DNA from: Amphiscolops sp. MND2022
Lineage: Eukaryota
DNA: 64,000 bases
Direction of reading: 5' to 3'
Assembly (NCBI GenBank): GCA_964187785.1
Contig: OZ076409.1
Location: 35,588,001 to 35,652,000, forward strand
A model generated the notes under the pieces. It did no database searches and was not told the DNA's origin. It was given only the letters and a program-made list of their open reading frames with translations. Of this stretch, positions 46,900 through 61,130 are shown piece by piece (position 1 is the first letter of the stretch; each line of letters begins with the position of its first letter). Made by a program: the position numbers and the translations under genes.

Positions 46900-49800
46900 C
46901 TAAAAACTACCCACTCCAAATTACGTGCCAACGAATGGATGACTCCAACAACACACCTCTACAGAAGAGGAACAGTAGAACCATACAACCGATCAGTCCA
47001 CGAACAGCCGGTCGTTACCCGGCGAGACAACATTGAGAGCGGCCGACCGGACATGCAACCTGAAATTTTCCATTCCAAGCATAGAGAAACACGATAGATC
47101 AAACCTTAGAAAACCTTTGGTGGCGGAAGTTCGTACAATACATCAAAATGACGAAGGAGATCGGTTTATCAACGATGACCAATTCGAACGAAAAACTAGG
47201 ACAATTCCGTGACCAACTGGAACTTGAAACAAAAGATACATTTCTTTGGGCTATCGGACAAAGCGCACTGACAGAAATGACAAAAACGGTTAGAGATCGG
47301 GAACCCAGTGCCCTACCGTTATACAGATTGTACACTTTGTTCCGACTACACTTTACCCCAGAAAAGAATGTACAGCATTGCCGGGCCGATTTCTTTGATC
47401 TGAAAAGAGAAACAAACGAAACAGCCGCGGACCTATGGAAAAGGATTCTAGACGTTGAGAAGAATTGCGAATTTGAGACTATAACAGCTGCCGAACTCAT
47501 AGCTTCAAACTTCCTATCATTAATAGGGACATCCACGGGGGACTATGATTTGAAAAAGAAGATTCGGAAAAACGATATGTCCATAGAAGCAATCACAGGA
47601 GCAATACATGAAAACGTGTTTGAAAAACTAAATGAATCTTCTGAAACAGAAGAAGAAAAGAAAATCCGACATGTGGATAAAAGAAAATTAAAAAATAGTA
47701 AAAAACAAACCGAACGGTATTCGAAAACAAGACGAATGGACTGCAATAAACGTGGAACACCCAACTGGTCCAAACTGCTTGAATGTCCAACAAGAGAAAA
47801 GAAATGCACGAAATGCGGTAAATTGGGACATTGCGCAAAATGTTGCAGATCAGCCAGGAAGATTAACCATATTGCAGGCGAAGAAGCTTATAGTGCAGAC
47901 GAAGACGATTGGATACCCGACAGAATACACTCAATTCAACAAAAGATATTCATTCACTCAATTCACTTATTCCCATACACTCATTGGGAACAAAAAGCAA
48001 GAACGGACCACCGTTCTATACTAAGACGATATTGGTTATTAACCGACCAATAAAAATCTTTGTGGACACAGGCTCACCGGTAACACTAAACCCGAAGATG
48101 AAATTCAACAAGATAACGACAATCAAACCGGGAATGGAAGACTACCGGAAAGTAAATGATAATAAAAAGTGTTCGACGATTAAAAAAATAGCGAATGTCG
48201 AGCCCGACGGTAAAATGAGACAACTGGAGCTACTAATCACCACCAGACACACACCCATTGCTTGGACTGAGCTGGATGGAACAATTGGGAATAACACTGA
48301 AAACAGCGACTCCACAGGAAACAATCAACCACAAAGACAAACCAGACGCGGACATAACAACGCTGAAAATTAAGTTTCGCAAACTTTTTACAAAAAACCA
48401 CACAATAAAAAACATAGAAGTGATTCAAATACAAGAAGGAGCGAAATTAATACAACAAAAATGTAGACCAATTCACCTACAAGCGGCGGTAGAGAAAGAA
48501 ATCAAGAAATTAAAGAAGGAGGGTCACATCGAAAAAGCGAGAAACATCGACAAAAATTGTTTTGTAAGTCCCGCGGTGATCACAATCAAGAAAGACAAAT
48601 CAGTAAAAATAGCGCTAGACTCCAGAAAATTGAACGAAATAACGCTAAAGAGAATAGCACAAATGCCCAATATGAAGGAATTAATATCAAGAATCTCTCG
48701 AAAAATAGCAGACGGACCGGCGGACGAAGTCTGGATCACAAAGTTCGACTTAGATAACGCGAATGGCCAACTACAGCTATCGGAAGAAGCAATGGACCTA
48801 TGTATCTTTGCGGTCACCGCAGGTAACTTCATCGGTTAAAACCGCTTCTTAAAGGGCTTTTACGGGTTAGCGGACAAATCGACAATTTTTAAAAAAAAAT
48901 TGAACAAACATTAGAAAACAATAACCCAGCCTGGCTGGATGACACAGTAGTAGTAACAAAAGGCTACTCCAAACAAAAATACATGGACGAACTAGGAGAC
49001 GTATCAACAAAACACGGAAACACAGATTACCGATTGAGCGAAAGCAAATCCGGATTATTTAAAACGAAAGTAGAATGGATCGGTCACAAAACAGACCAGA
49101 ACGGGATCCGACCGTTACAAGATGAGCTACTCGCTATCACGGAACCAAAAAAAAAACAGAAAACGAAAAAGAACTGAAATCATTTTTGGGGGCAATCCAG
49201 CACTTGTCCAAATATATCAGAAAATTCTCATCACACAAGGATACTCTCAGACAATTACTCAAAAAAGACACCGAATGGAAATGGACCGAAGAACACAAAA
49301 AGGTATTTGAAAATTTGAAACCAAAAATCACGGACTTACCGTGTTTGGCCCACTATATTTCAAACTATCCAAACATAATTACTATCCAAAACGCCTCGGA
49401 GCTACGCTCTGGCAAGAAAAACCGGACGCTAAATTGAAACCGATTGGATTTGCCAGCCGTTTCCTTTCAGATACGGAAACGAACCATGCATTTAACGATT
49501 TGGAATTATTGGCGGTAGTCTGGGGACTAGAGCATTTCCGCTTATATATTTACCGAAAACCGATATAATTGCTTACAGATCACCAAGCACTTGAACCATT
49601 GATCAAAACAAATCGGTCGAACAAGACCTATAGCGCAAGACTAACTCAATGGTTTGGCCGATTAGCTCAATTTTCAATTAACGTAAACCATATAGCTGGT
49701 AAGCACGTAGCACTCACGGACTATCTAATAGCAATCCGTCCGCACCACCGCAAGCGGATGGCGCATACGAAGAAGAATACGTAATCCACAACATCATTCC

Positions 49801-52745
49801 GCACTACAAATTCATGGCCAAATACGGTTGCCTTAGCCAGCACGTAGACCAATCACAAAGCGAGACATTACATATCAAACCGAAACAATCCATTACGCGT
49901 GAACAAACCGCCATTGCTTGCCTTAATCGACCGACAACAAGTTACGTCAATTCACTGACGACAAAAACTAAACTGTCATTGACGCAAACACCATCAACAA
50001 CTTGGAATTAGCTGATCCCCCTGCAAAAACTAGAAATCTAATAGCCCGCTGGCGAGAAATAGTTAAACCGGGCGTTTACCGACAATCTGGTGGCCGGCAG
50101 AAAAAATACCATGAACTCAGATTTCTCAGAAATGAAAGATGGATAATAGAAGAGGAATTGCAGATAGCCATTAGAAACAAAGAAAACAGACAACCAGCCC
50201 AGCCACAAAGCTTCCAACCACGGGAAAGACGGAATGAACAACGGACAGTGGGTCCATTCAGGGAGGTGGACCGCCCACAACGCCAGCAATCACAACAAGA
50301 TGACGAAACTGGACCGTCTTGAAAACAAACGCCCAGCCCAACTGAAGAAGAAGAGATCGATTCAGATCAAGATCCATCAATACTGCAAGTCCCTGCGGTC
50401 AACTGGGCAAAATATGTGGAAGTCAAAAGCGTCCATTACATAAATATGGGCCTTGCGCCGAAAGTGGAAAAGTGGATGCGGAAGAGCCAAGTGAATGGGA
50501 TTTGGGAAACGCAGGAAGAGAAACAATTTGCAACAGATCTACAACTTAATGACAGAAACGACAATCGACTCAAGCCTTCTCAAAACGCTTGTCTACTTAG
50601 AAAGGCAACAACTTGAAAATATGTCAAATGAATACTCACTCTACCGGAAAAAACTAAACACAAGATATGGACTAGTTTGATACGGAGACCGAAAACCGTT
50701 CCCAAGAACCTGAGAACAACCGTCATCAGTCTCCTATTTAAAGGACACCCGGCCATAAACAAAATGTCAGTGGCAGCAAGACACTTTTGGTGGCCACAGA
50801 TCACCGAAGCCAAAGATGAGAAATGCGACAGCTGCGACAGCTGCGACCCCTGCAAAGTGTCCGGTAAGATTATCAAACCTAATATACCGAATACGGAAAA
50901 AATCAGTTACCCCACCAAGTAAACCAAATGAAGAAATCCAATTGGATTTCATCGGTCCAATCAACGAAAAGGACCATAGATTTTACATTTTGTTCTCAAT
51001 GGACCGGTATAGTAAATGGCCGGTAGCCAGTCTCTGTAAAACAACAGAAGGCCAAACAGCGGTCAAGTTTCTGGAACAGTATATTATTTTAAACGGCGAC
51101 CCAAAACAACTAGAACGGACAAAGCTACCGCATTTACAGGCCGACTAATCAGGGAGTTTTGCAAAAACCACCAAATAAAGTTGATACACGAGACTCCGTA
51201 TATACATACGCCAACGGGATTAATTGAACGTGGCGTCAGGACGCTGAAGGAAATACTATTCACCAATAAAAAAAGCGGGCGAAAACTTCGGTAAAGCCGT
51301 AGATATTGCACTGGATGTAATGCGAAAAACGCCTCATACACGCTTAAACAAAACCGCATTTGCGCTAACTACGGCCGCGAACCGAATGCAGAAACTATTG
51401 TTATGGTAAACCTTGACGCATTAAAGGAGATAACGAAAATGTGTATTTCAGCAGAACCAGACACTCTGCAAGTATATTCGTTCAACCGAGCTGGCGGTGT
51501 CTCTGACCAGTTACCGATGAAACAAAAGAAAGGAGCCAAAGGAGTTAGTATTTACACTTTTTCCTTTTACAAGAAAAAAAGTAACAAAACCCAAGCTTGA
51601 TAGTTCATATTTCGATAAAATTTAAAACGCCATGTCGGGCATCGACCAAACTGTCACCACGGCAGATAATAGAGTTTTACATAGAAAACATTTTAGTAAA
51701 CCCATTTCTGAACTTAAACAGGAACCAAACAACAAAGGAACAGGACTACGTGGCGCAGATGGACGCTTCATAAAATCACCCCGGACCCACACCATCCACG
51801 ACACGGACAGCGAGTCAGAGGATGTACCACTTGCTTATATGGATACCACAACCGGGAGTACACCGGACTATGGGAAACAACAAACCACTCCGAAGAAAAC
51901 TGGTACACTGGGACGGGGACGTCCAAAACTGGACCGCCATCGCCAAAATACGGACTCTCCTGGGGGCCAACACAAATAAGCCAACACAAGACAACACCGG
52001 ACCGCTAACTATAGTGGCGGCAAACATGACGGACGAAGACATAGACCGTGCTATTAAAGATGCCAGAGGGGCAAACACAAAAATACCCATTAGAGACAGC
52101 AACGGTAAGGTATTTCAAAGTAAATTTGAAAACCCCATTGGAGGGGAAGAAGAGGAAGAAATATCGATGAAGCCTCAGATCTGGAATTACTCAGTAATCT
52201 TAGTTCAAGCACTGAAAAAGAACAAGAAACGAAATATCATATTTTACATAGATCGAAACGAATAACAAAAACCAACCCGATCGTTAGGCTAAATAATCTA
52301 GTACCATCTGACTACAGGAAACACAGTCGAAACACTAAACAACCGCAAAGTGACACCGGACACACGAGAAAACTACTGATAAGCCAAATGAACAACCTTG
52401 TCCGGAAGAAAACCATAAAGACCGGACTACAACGGACACAGCACGGAATACTGCGGCGAAACAATGCTTAGGCCGGACAACCGCCTCCAAAGAAAATAGC
52501 AACCTCCCATTGGCCTACTCTGGCCAAATTACAGAGGGAGGAATGAAAAGCAATAACAATTTAGACGTGAAATTATGATGAGATTTTAGCTTACTGAATG
52601 GAATGTCTCAAGTACCTGCTACTATTTTATCATGCTAAATTGCTAACGTTTCTCAGTAGCAAAAAATTCGATTGAAAATACAGTCTTGTGATAAAACTAA
52701 AATCTTGTAGTTAGAAGTTACAACAATACGATTGCATAAGTAGTC
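46900..52745 (+). mobile_element. 5'-truncated, decayed Ty3/Gypsy element (Gypsy-2), related to Gypsy-1
   Basis: gag to integrase is colinear with Gypsy-1. The PPT AGAGGGAGGAA (52533-52543) precedes TGAAAAGC (3' LTR start 52544). No 5' LTR or PBS found. Ends are approximate. Confidence 0.85.
46935..52265 (+). pseudogene. Gypsy-2 gag-pol with stops and frameshifts
   Basis: Fragments: CTKCGKLGHCAKCC (knuckle); IKIFVDTGSPVTL (protease); CFVSPAVITIKKD, KFDLDNA and PAWLDD (RT); KPIGFASRFL and TDHQAL (RNase H); EEIQLDFIGP (integrase). Confidence 0.9.
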
Positions 52746-53179
52746 AGAAATTTTTTCCGACTCCTAAAAATCTGAAGAAAAACGCGTTTTAAATAGTAGA
52801 AATTTTGAAATTTCGGGAATTTTTGCCAAATTCAGTCTCAATTCGAGGTATTTGGAAATACTGTTAATTTTTGTCACAATCTGAGGTTTTTTCTCTGGCA
52901 TTCGACTATTTTTTTCAAATTGGGTTTCATGGATGACAAATTTTTCCATTTGAAGCGTTTTTAGCAATAACGTTGACAATAATTCCATAAAATCGTGAAA
53001 ACTTGAAACTTCTTGTCCTTTTTGGTAATTTCGGTCACAATTTGTGACTTTTCCCATCAAAAAACTTTTTTCATTTCCTCAGATAACCCCCTGTTTTTTC
53101 CTTGTTTTACGTTTTCAACTTTCTGAGTCACCAACCAAGTCCACGAAATTTTGACACAAGTTGCGACAAAGCGCTAAAT

Positions 53180-53420
53180 TTTGAAAAAAAACATTCATTT
53201 TTTGTCATTTTTGGGTCATTCTGTGTCTTAGGGGGACCAAAAACGCTCTACATATACATACCGGAAAAAACAAAACTTACACCAGTTGAATTCCATGGGT
53301 GAAACTCTTAAACGTGAATGTAAATTTGGAACAAAGCAAATTTTTTATAAAGAAGTTTGAAATAAATATTCTCCTTTCCTATATGGATTATGAGCGGAAA
53401 ATTAAAATTGCCACTGGAAG
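53180..53420 (-). repeat. Inverted copy of the 23590-23830 repeat family, flanking BEL-2
   Basis: The reverse complement TTTTCCGCTCATAATCCATATAGGAAAGGAGAATATTT resembles TTTTCCGCCCATATTTCATATGGGAAAGGAAAATATTT near 23610. GAATTCAACTG and AATGACCCAAAAATG are also shared. Another unit lies at about 62200-62520. Confidence 0.65.
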
Positions 53421-53549
53421 ATCAATAAGTGAGCAATTTGCAGTTTTTGAGGTTCATTTTCAGGCTTTTCTGTCAAAACTGTAGAGTTTTTATTGAGCGT
53501 ACTGTCTAGCTGCCTTTTAATTACTGAAGTCCTTGGATTTTTTACTCTA

Positions 53550-54581
53550 TGTTGGCGCCTGAGATTTGAGATTATGTAGACCTGGAGCAAAAATATCGGA
53601 AAAACTCGATGTTAATTAATTGGTATCGATCCGGTGAAGGTTTTAGACCCTTTGATTTTTCCCTACTACGTACTAGATTTTCGGAGACTCCACTTAATAT
53701 CTGATACGTTTCTTCGTTTTTCATCCTTTTCTTCATTTTAGTGCATCAAACTTAACTACATCTCATTCAATTATTTGGTTCATTGGTGCTTCAAGGTTAC
53801 ATGATATTGGTTGAAGCGACTCATTCGACCTTTTATTCTATAATTGAAATTGAAGGAATTTTAGGTTGTTGGTATTTTAGTGAATACATATTTGTTAATA
53901 TATGGCGTGATTTAGCATTTCCTGTGCTTTTGTTTCTTTAAGTTATCGTTCACGCCACATCTACGTAAATCATGTATTCTGGCCTCCATTGTGATTCCTT
54001 GTATGCCACATATTTATTTGTGATATTTTCCTAATTAATTTGAATGGATATTCTGATGACCACTGAATTTGATATGTAACGATTATTCGACTATTTTATA
54101 TAGTTAATACACAAATAATCGTTGAGTTTGGGTTATTCCATACCCACCTACATATTTGTGGCTCTTTCGGCCGCTACCAATCCACCTTTCATTCACGCTT
54201 CGACATTCTAATTTTATGGTTAAATAGTTTGTTTGTTATGTAAACAATGCATTCTATCAGAACATCAGTAGAAGTTGGAATAACGCCAGTGAGCGGTTGA
54301 TCGTTAACTCGAGAATAAATTGTTCAGTTCTTCATAATCGAGCGCTAAAGACAGATTTCAGTCAAGTTGGGACTGGAATCCCCAAGATTGTCTATTTCGA
54401 AGAAGATTTGGATAATAGAAACTCTCAAAGTTAAGAAATAGCTAGCTAGTGGAGTTATTTCGCCTCAGTGAAAGATACAGTCTTTCCAAAATCGAGAATC
54501 TGCTTTATTTGTGGAAAGCAGGACGAACCAAGGACCGGCAAAAGCTTGAATCGTTTGTTGGGATTTGAGTCAGCCGTTACA
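53550..54581 (+). repeat. BEL-2 5' LTR
   Basis: TG...CA; about 31 substitutions and 1 indel against the 3' LTR by eye (about 97% identical). Confidence 0.95.
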
Positions 54582-54583
54582 TT

Positions 54584-54601
54584 TGGTCCGCCGACCCGGA
54601 T
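54584..54601 (+). promoter_or_regulatory. BEL-2 primer-binding site, tRNA-Tyr-like
   Basis: TGGTCCGCCGACCCGGAT, 2 nt after the LTR, resembles the tRNA-Tyr complement TGGTCCTTCGAGCCGGAT common in BEL elements (15 of 18 match). Confidence 0.75.
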
Positions 54602-54789
54602 ACTGTCTGTTTGGAAGCTGAAGACGAGGTACAACTGATATTGTGGTAGTTTGGACTGCCATATTTGCGTCTGCCACATATCGCTATCATCTCGTGGTAG
54701 TTTGGACGTTTGCGTCTGCCATACATCTTCATCATCGTTGTATTTTGGACGTTATTCATTGGACTTCGTGTTACGAGGGAGTCAGTGTG

Positions 54790-57700
54790 ATGAATACTCA
54801 GACTCAGATCGACTTTGATGTTTCATGGTACACGGATACCAAGCACTCTAAAGACCTACGAAAATCAACGGATCTTGTCAAATGGAGAATTCATGCAGAA
54901 GTTTTACAAAAAACAATTTTGGATTTGAATGTCGTTGTGAAAGAATTCGAAAAAGGAACACAATGGCTGGAAGAAAGAAGACTCGGTGATTTGGGAAAAT
55001 TGTACCATGAGTACCGCGATCTCAGAGCTAGAGTGACGGACTTGCACCAAATTGGGAACGAGATGCTGAAGGCCAAAGCGGTAGATGAACAACGACGTAT
55101 GCAGTCAACCGTGTATGTGCTACTGGGCGACGCCTTGAAAAAATGGACCACAACGAACACTTGATTGTCATGGCTCGGCCCAGTTTATACGCACCTAAAG
55201 CAGAAGTCTTCTTGCGTAACCTATTGTAAACAGCAAGATAAATTCAATCAACTCATCGTTGAACTGAAGAAGACTACTTCGCAAATAGAAGACCAAATTG
55301 AAAATGGAGATCGGTCGGCGAAAATACGGACGTCAGTACACAGGTTCATTAACACCGTGGAAGAAGTCAAGGCTGTTTGTCGCTACCAAAAGAGCCTTTT
55401 AAGCGAGTCGGGAGCAAACCAACGTCAAAATTTATTCGAGGGAGATGAAGTCAGTTGGATGGCAGCAACCCAGAAATGGCTACACTATTTGGAGGCCATA
55501 GAAAAGGAAAGTGCCTTTTCAGACAATTTTCAAGACCCCGTTGAAACTACTGAAACATCACTACTGATGACAAATAATGAGACAAGTGAGACTGAAGATG
55601 GGAAGCAAGTAGAGAACCAGAACAACGTGGAAGGTAATGTTGCTTCTGCTAACACTCAGTAAAGGCGCCTCAACAACCTCCAAAAGAAAAACCAAATATT
55701 ACTGGCACAAGCGTGGTCTCACCTCAGAAAAACCTTTCCAGAGAAGACGACCCCGAGGATGTCCTTGGAGCACTAAAAGTGAGCCGTGGTTCCACCGCAT
55801 CGTCACGCTCCTCTAGACGACGTTTGCAATTGGAAGCTGAAATCGCCGAGGATGAATCTCGTGCCAAAATTGTAAGAAAGGAGCAAGAGTTAGAGCTGCG
55901 ACGCAAGAAGAGAGAAATAAAACTGGAGGCCCAAAAGGAGGAAATGGAGCTTGCCGAAATGAGGCGAGAGGAGAAACTATCACTGAAGTTGAAGAAAATG
56001 GAAATGATGGATCGAACATCTTCAGGAAGTAGCGTGTTTAGCATCTGTGAGTCGCTTCGCTGTCAGAACGTCAAAACTAGCACATGGGTCAATTCACCAG
56101 AGAATAAATTTGGCACTCACGTGGAGACCAAGCTTGGGGAAGAACTTCAGGCTGCTGAAAATAGCGAGAGACCGTGCTCATCGAGACGAGCTGATGCTAA
56201 ACTGGAGCAATCAATAGAGCATATTACACCCATGGCAACTACCGATGTCAAGCCGAAGAGGGAACTAAAGTTCGGTTCAAATGTGTTTGTGCCTGGCAAT
56301 GCATCCCCTGGTGGTGCCAAAACCCCAGCACCAAAGCAAGTGTTTGGATCAACGATGCAATCAACCCCAACACAGACAGTTTTGCCGTCCGCGTCAGTGC
56401 CAATGAAACTGCCAAAGATGGTCTTAGAAAATTATTCGGGCGACCCTCTGGAATGGCCTGAATGGTCCGGTCAGTTTATCGCAACCATTGATCAATCGAG
56501 AGTAGCAGACAGTGTCAAGATGAACTATTTGAAGACACTGGTCACTGGTAAGGCAAAAGCAGCAATTGAGGGCATGGGATACTCGGGTCAGATGTACCAT
56601 GTTGCTTGGCAGACTCTGGCGCATGATTTCGGGCGACCTGAGCTGGTTGTGAATGCGCAACTAAGAAGGATTCATGCCTACCTTTTCATCAAACCGCATG
56701 ATTCAACAGAAATTGTGAAGTATTCTCAAGTGGTGTCCGGATGTGTCAACGTGCTCACCCAATTTGGATATGAAATAGACATTGCCTCCAAATCAGTGCT
56801 GAACAGTGCCGTCAAAAAGCTGCCAAATGAACTCAAGAATAAGTGGACGACGTATTTGCAACGATACGACATGAGTTATAAGAATATGCGAGTTTTCAGT
56901 GCATGGCTCAAGAATATTGCGCAAGTACAAGAGAACATACGCTTGCAGTTTGGCTCTAGTGGTGACAAAGCGAAGTCCAACTTCACAAAAGACAAGACGA
57001 GGAATACGAGTTTTGCTGCGACAAGTGATTCTGGTTCATCCACGAAGGCGCAATGCCCTCTAAAAGATGGTGAACACAAAATCTGGCAATGTGATGCGTT
57101 CAAGAAGAGAAGTTGTCGGAACGACATGATGCCGTCAAAAAATGCAATTTGTGCTTCTCTTGTCTGAGCTCTGGCCACAAGATTGGTCAGTGTCAAGTCA
57201 ATCGAACGTGTGGAAAAAATGGGTGTAGCAAGCGGCATAACAGACTCTTGCACAGTGACGATTACAAACCCAAGCTTCAAAAAGAAACTAGTAACAGCCT
57301 TGAGAATACAACCAATGCCGATGCGGTTATGACAGCAAACGCGTGTAGTAGAAGTCTGCAGATTGTTCCAATCACGCTCTCGAAAGGAGCCACCTCAATT
57401 GAAACGATGGCCATTTGTGACACTGGATCGACGCTCTCCTTTGTGGACAAAGACATTAAAAACCGGTTGGGTGTTCAAGGGAATGCTATCACACTCAATA
57501 TCGCTGGAATCAACGGAACAAAGGAAATGAACAGCGAAAGGGTGAGGATCAATGTCTCAACTACGAATTTGTCGCAAGCAGTGAAGTTCCATGTTCATCC
57601 TTCGATGTATCTGGGAAACAAATCTTATGATTACAATGATCTAAAGCGGAAGTACAGCCATTTAGACGTTTTGCCAGACAACAATGTGGATCTGAAGAAT

Positions 57701-60700
57701 ATCAAAATGGTCCTGGGACAAGACAACTATCACCTGCTTTTTCCTGTTGCGTACAGAAAAGGCAAGCGAAATGAACCCTGGGCTGTCAAGACAAAACTTG
57801 GATGGACGTTAAGTGGCCCACTACTAAAGCATGAAGTGGCACAAGTAGCAGCAACGAGCCATGTTGCATCCGAAGACAACGAGCTGGGAACGCAATTGGA
57901 ATCCTGGTTCAACATGGAGTCATACGCCACCAGAGTAAATCTCAGCGGACGCTCAAAAGAAGATAAGAGGGCTCTTGAACTACTGGAAAAGTCGACGAAA
58001 CTAGTCGATGGCCACTACGAAGTAGGGTTGCCTTTGGCAGAAGACATCGCGACTATTGAGAACAACTATTTCTCGGCACACTCGCAATTCTGTTCACTAG
58101 AGCGACGGTTGCAGAAAGACGAGTGTCTCAAGCAACGTTATAAAGAGACGATAATTGTGGATTTGCAGAACGGCTATGTTCGTAAACTAGACGAAAACGA
58201 ACTAGAGGAAACAAGAGACGAAAGGCAGTGGTATGTGCCGCATCATCCAAATAAAAACCCCCACAAACCCGAAAAAGTCAGACGCGAATGCAACGCAGCA
58301 TCTAAATACAAGGGAGAGTCGCTGAACGACAAGCTCCTGACAGGTCCTGTCTTGCTACAAAATCTAGTGGGAATCATTTTTAGATTCAGAGAACATCAAA
58401 TTGCCTTGACAGCGGACATAGAAGCTATGTTCCTGCAAGTGAAAGTGCCACCTCAAGAGTGCCGCGTGCTACGATTCTCATAGAGAAACAACCCTCATGA
58501 CAAGATTGACGTCTATGAGTATACAAGGCACGTCTTTGGTGCCAAAAGTAGTCCGACGTGTGCAAAATATGCCCTCCTCCAAGCTGGCGTGGACAACAGA
58601 GAAAGTCATCCAATAGCTGCAAAGGCTATCAAAAGAAACTTCTACATGGATGACTTTGCAAAATCTGTGGCCACAGTGGAAGAAGCTGTGCATGTCTACC
58701 AGGATGTGAGGTCGACTCTTAAAAAAGGGGGTTTGAGTTGCTGAAGTGGATCTGCAGCAATGAAGAGGTCACGAGAAGTATTCCTAAGCCGGATAGATCG
58801 CAGACAAAAAGCAAAACATTTGAAGCTGAACCTCACACTTCATCACTTCTGGGCATGCAATAGAATGTGGGCAACGACACTCTGGAAGTGTGTCGTGGTG
58901 CTGACAAAGAACCACCCAACAAAATAACACAACGAGCAGTGCTTTCGTTCGTGGCATCAGTGTTTGACCCGCTAGGACTCTTTGCACCGTTCACGATGAA
59001 AATGCGCGTCCTACTTAAGACAATCTGGGCAAAAATCGGACAACAGTGGGATGACAAAATTGAGGAAGAAGACGAACGGCAGTTCCTGGATTGGGTGAAA
59101 GAACTAGCGGAATTAAAGAACATGCCCTTGAAGAGGCGATATTTTGACAAATGGTACAAGAAAAAAGATTTGCATATTTTCTCAGATGCCTCTCTTGAAT
59201 CAATGTGTATAGTGGCTTACCTGCGAGCAGAAGATGATGAAGGAGTGGAATTGTCCTTCGTCATTGGAAAGTGTAGAATTGCTCCAACAAAGCAGCAGAC
59301 TATCCCGAAGTTGGAGTTGCAGGCCGCACTCTACTCGGTGAGGTTGAGAGAGTTGATCACAGAGAACCACGACATTCAGGTTCAGACCGTGACACACTGG
59401 ACAGACTCTATGACGGTTCTCCAATGGCTACACTCTGCACTTAAAAAACAGCAAGTGTTCGTGGCAAATCGAGACGGAGAAATATTGGATCAATCTACAG
59501 TAGACGAATGGCAACATGTGAAGGGCACAATGAATCCTGCGGGCATCGGAACTCGAGGGGTCACAGTGTCACAGTTACTTGGAAGTGAATGGGTAAATGG
59601 GCCGGCCTGGCTTAAGCAGCGCCCAGGTAGCTGGCCAGAACAAACAACGCTAGTGGACGATGACGATATTGCTTTGATGACTACTCCCGCAGAGAGCGTC
59701 ATAGATTGGTCCAGGTTTAGTAAATACAAGCGAATGGTTAACGTGGTTGTTTACTGTCTTAGACTTAGATCAAAGCAATGTGGTGTTTTGACAGCATTGG
59801 AAAGACAGAAGGCCGAGTTATTGATTTTGCAAATGACTCAACGAAGCATGACTTGGCAAAGTTTGCTCCATTTGTTGACAGTGACAACACAATACGATTG
59901 AAGGGTCGATTGAGCAAAGCAACAATATATAATGACTTGAAACATCCAATTCTACTATCAGCCAAGCATCCTGCAGTGGTTCTGATGTTGGTACAAATGC
60001 ACGAAGACAACCACCATGAGGGAACCGAGTATGTGAGAAGCCTGGTTCAGCAACGGTTTTGGGTTATCGGACTACGGAATGCATTGCGCAGCATCAAATC
60101 CAAGTGTGTCAAATGCAGAAAACAGGCAGTACAACCAATTCACCCTCACATGGCGGATTTGCCGAAAGAACGAGTGGAGGGTAGTGTATATCCTTTCAAG
60201 AACACTGGAGTAGATTATTTTGGCCCGTTGGAAATCACTGTTCTGCGTAGACCAGTGAAACACTGGTGTTGTTTGTTTACGTGCTTGGTCACTAGAGCTG
60301 TGCACATAGAAGTGGTCAATGGACTGGACACTGATGCATGCATGATGGCAATCACCAAATTCATGGCTAGTTGTGGCAAACCCCACATAATCATTAGTGA
60401 TAATGGAACGAACTTTGTGGGAGCTGCTCGGGGATTTAGAGAGTGCTTCAACGAGTGGGATCGTGATGCTGTGCGTGAGCGACTGGCAAATTCGCGAGTT
60501 ATTTGGAAGTTCAATCCTCCGGGAGCGCCACACTTTGGTGGAATTTGGGAGAGATTATTAGTACGTAGCTGCAAGAAAGCTATGTTTGCGATTCTTGGAA
60601 ATCGTAGACTAATGTTGCCAGTGCTGACGACAACAATGTGTTTGGTTGAGCAGACATTGAATGCCAGACCATTGACGCCTGTAAGTGACGATCCGGAAGA

Positions 60701-61130
60701 TCTAGAAGCACTGACGCCGAATCACTTTCTGTTGGGACGACCTGTGGTGGCAGAACCGCTGATGCCAGATTCTGTCAGATACGTGGACTGTCGAAAAATG
60801 TACAAGGTGGCTGAAGCGTACAATCAAATGATCTGGAACAGATGGGCGAAAGAATATCTTCCCAAGTGGAACCTGTGAACGAAATGGGCAAATGATGACG
60901 AACGTGTCCTCAAAGTTGGAGATCTGGTTTGGTTGATTGATGAGTCAGTTCGACGCCATGAAAACAAGATGGCGCGTGTGATCGAAGTGTTTCCGGGAGC
61001 TGATGGCGTCATACGATCAGCACTGATCAAGACAAGCGATGGAGCCCTTCGAAGACCCGCTGTGAAGTTGGCGCCAGTTTTCAATGAGTGTTTTCGAGAT
61101 GAAAACAGGGCCGGCGATGTTGGCGCCTGA
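54790..61130 (+). pseudogene. BEL-2 gag-pol with at least 7 disabling lesions
   Basis: Motifs: YSGDPLEWPEWSGQF, CFSCLSSGHKIGQC, AICDTGS, ADIEAMF, YMDD, FSDAS, PKLEL, GVDYFGP, SDNGTNF, GGIWER. Stops at 55162, 58481, 58861 and 60876; frameshifts near 55650, 57115, 58735 and 59840. The frame ends 13 nt inside the 3' LTR. Confidence 0.93.

Noticed and set aside
58481-60878. APOBEC-like editing from two probable TGG-to-TAG stops in BEL-2
   Set aside because: Too few events, and the LTR differences are a mix of substitution types consistent with neutral decay.
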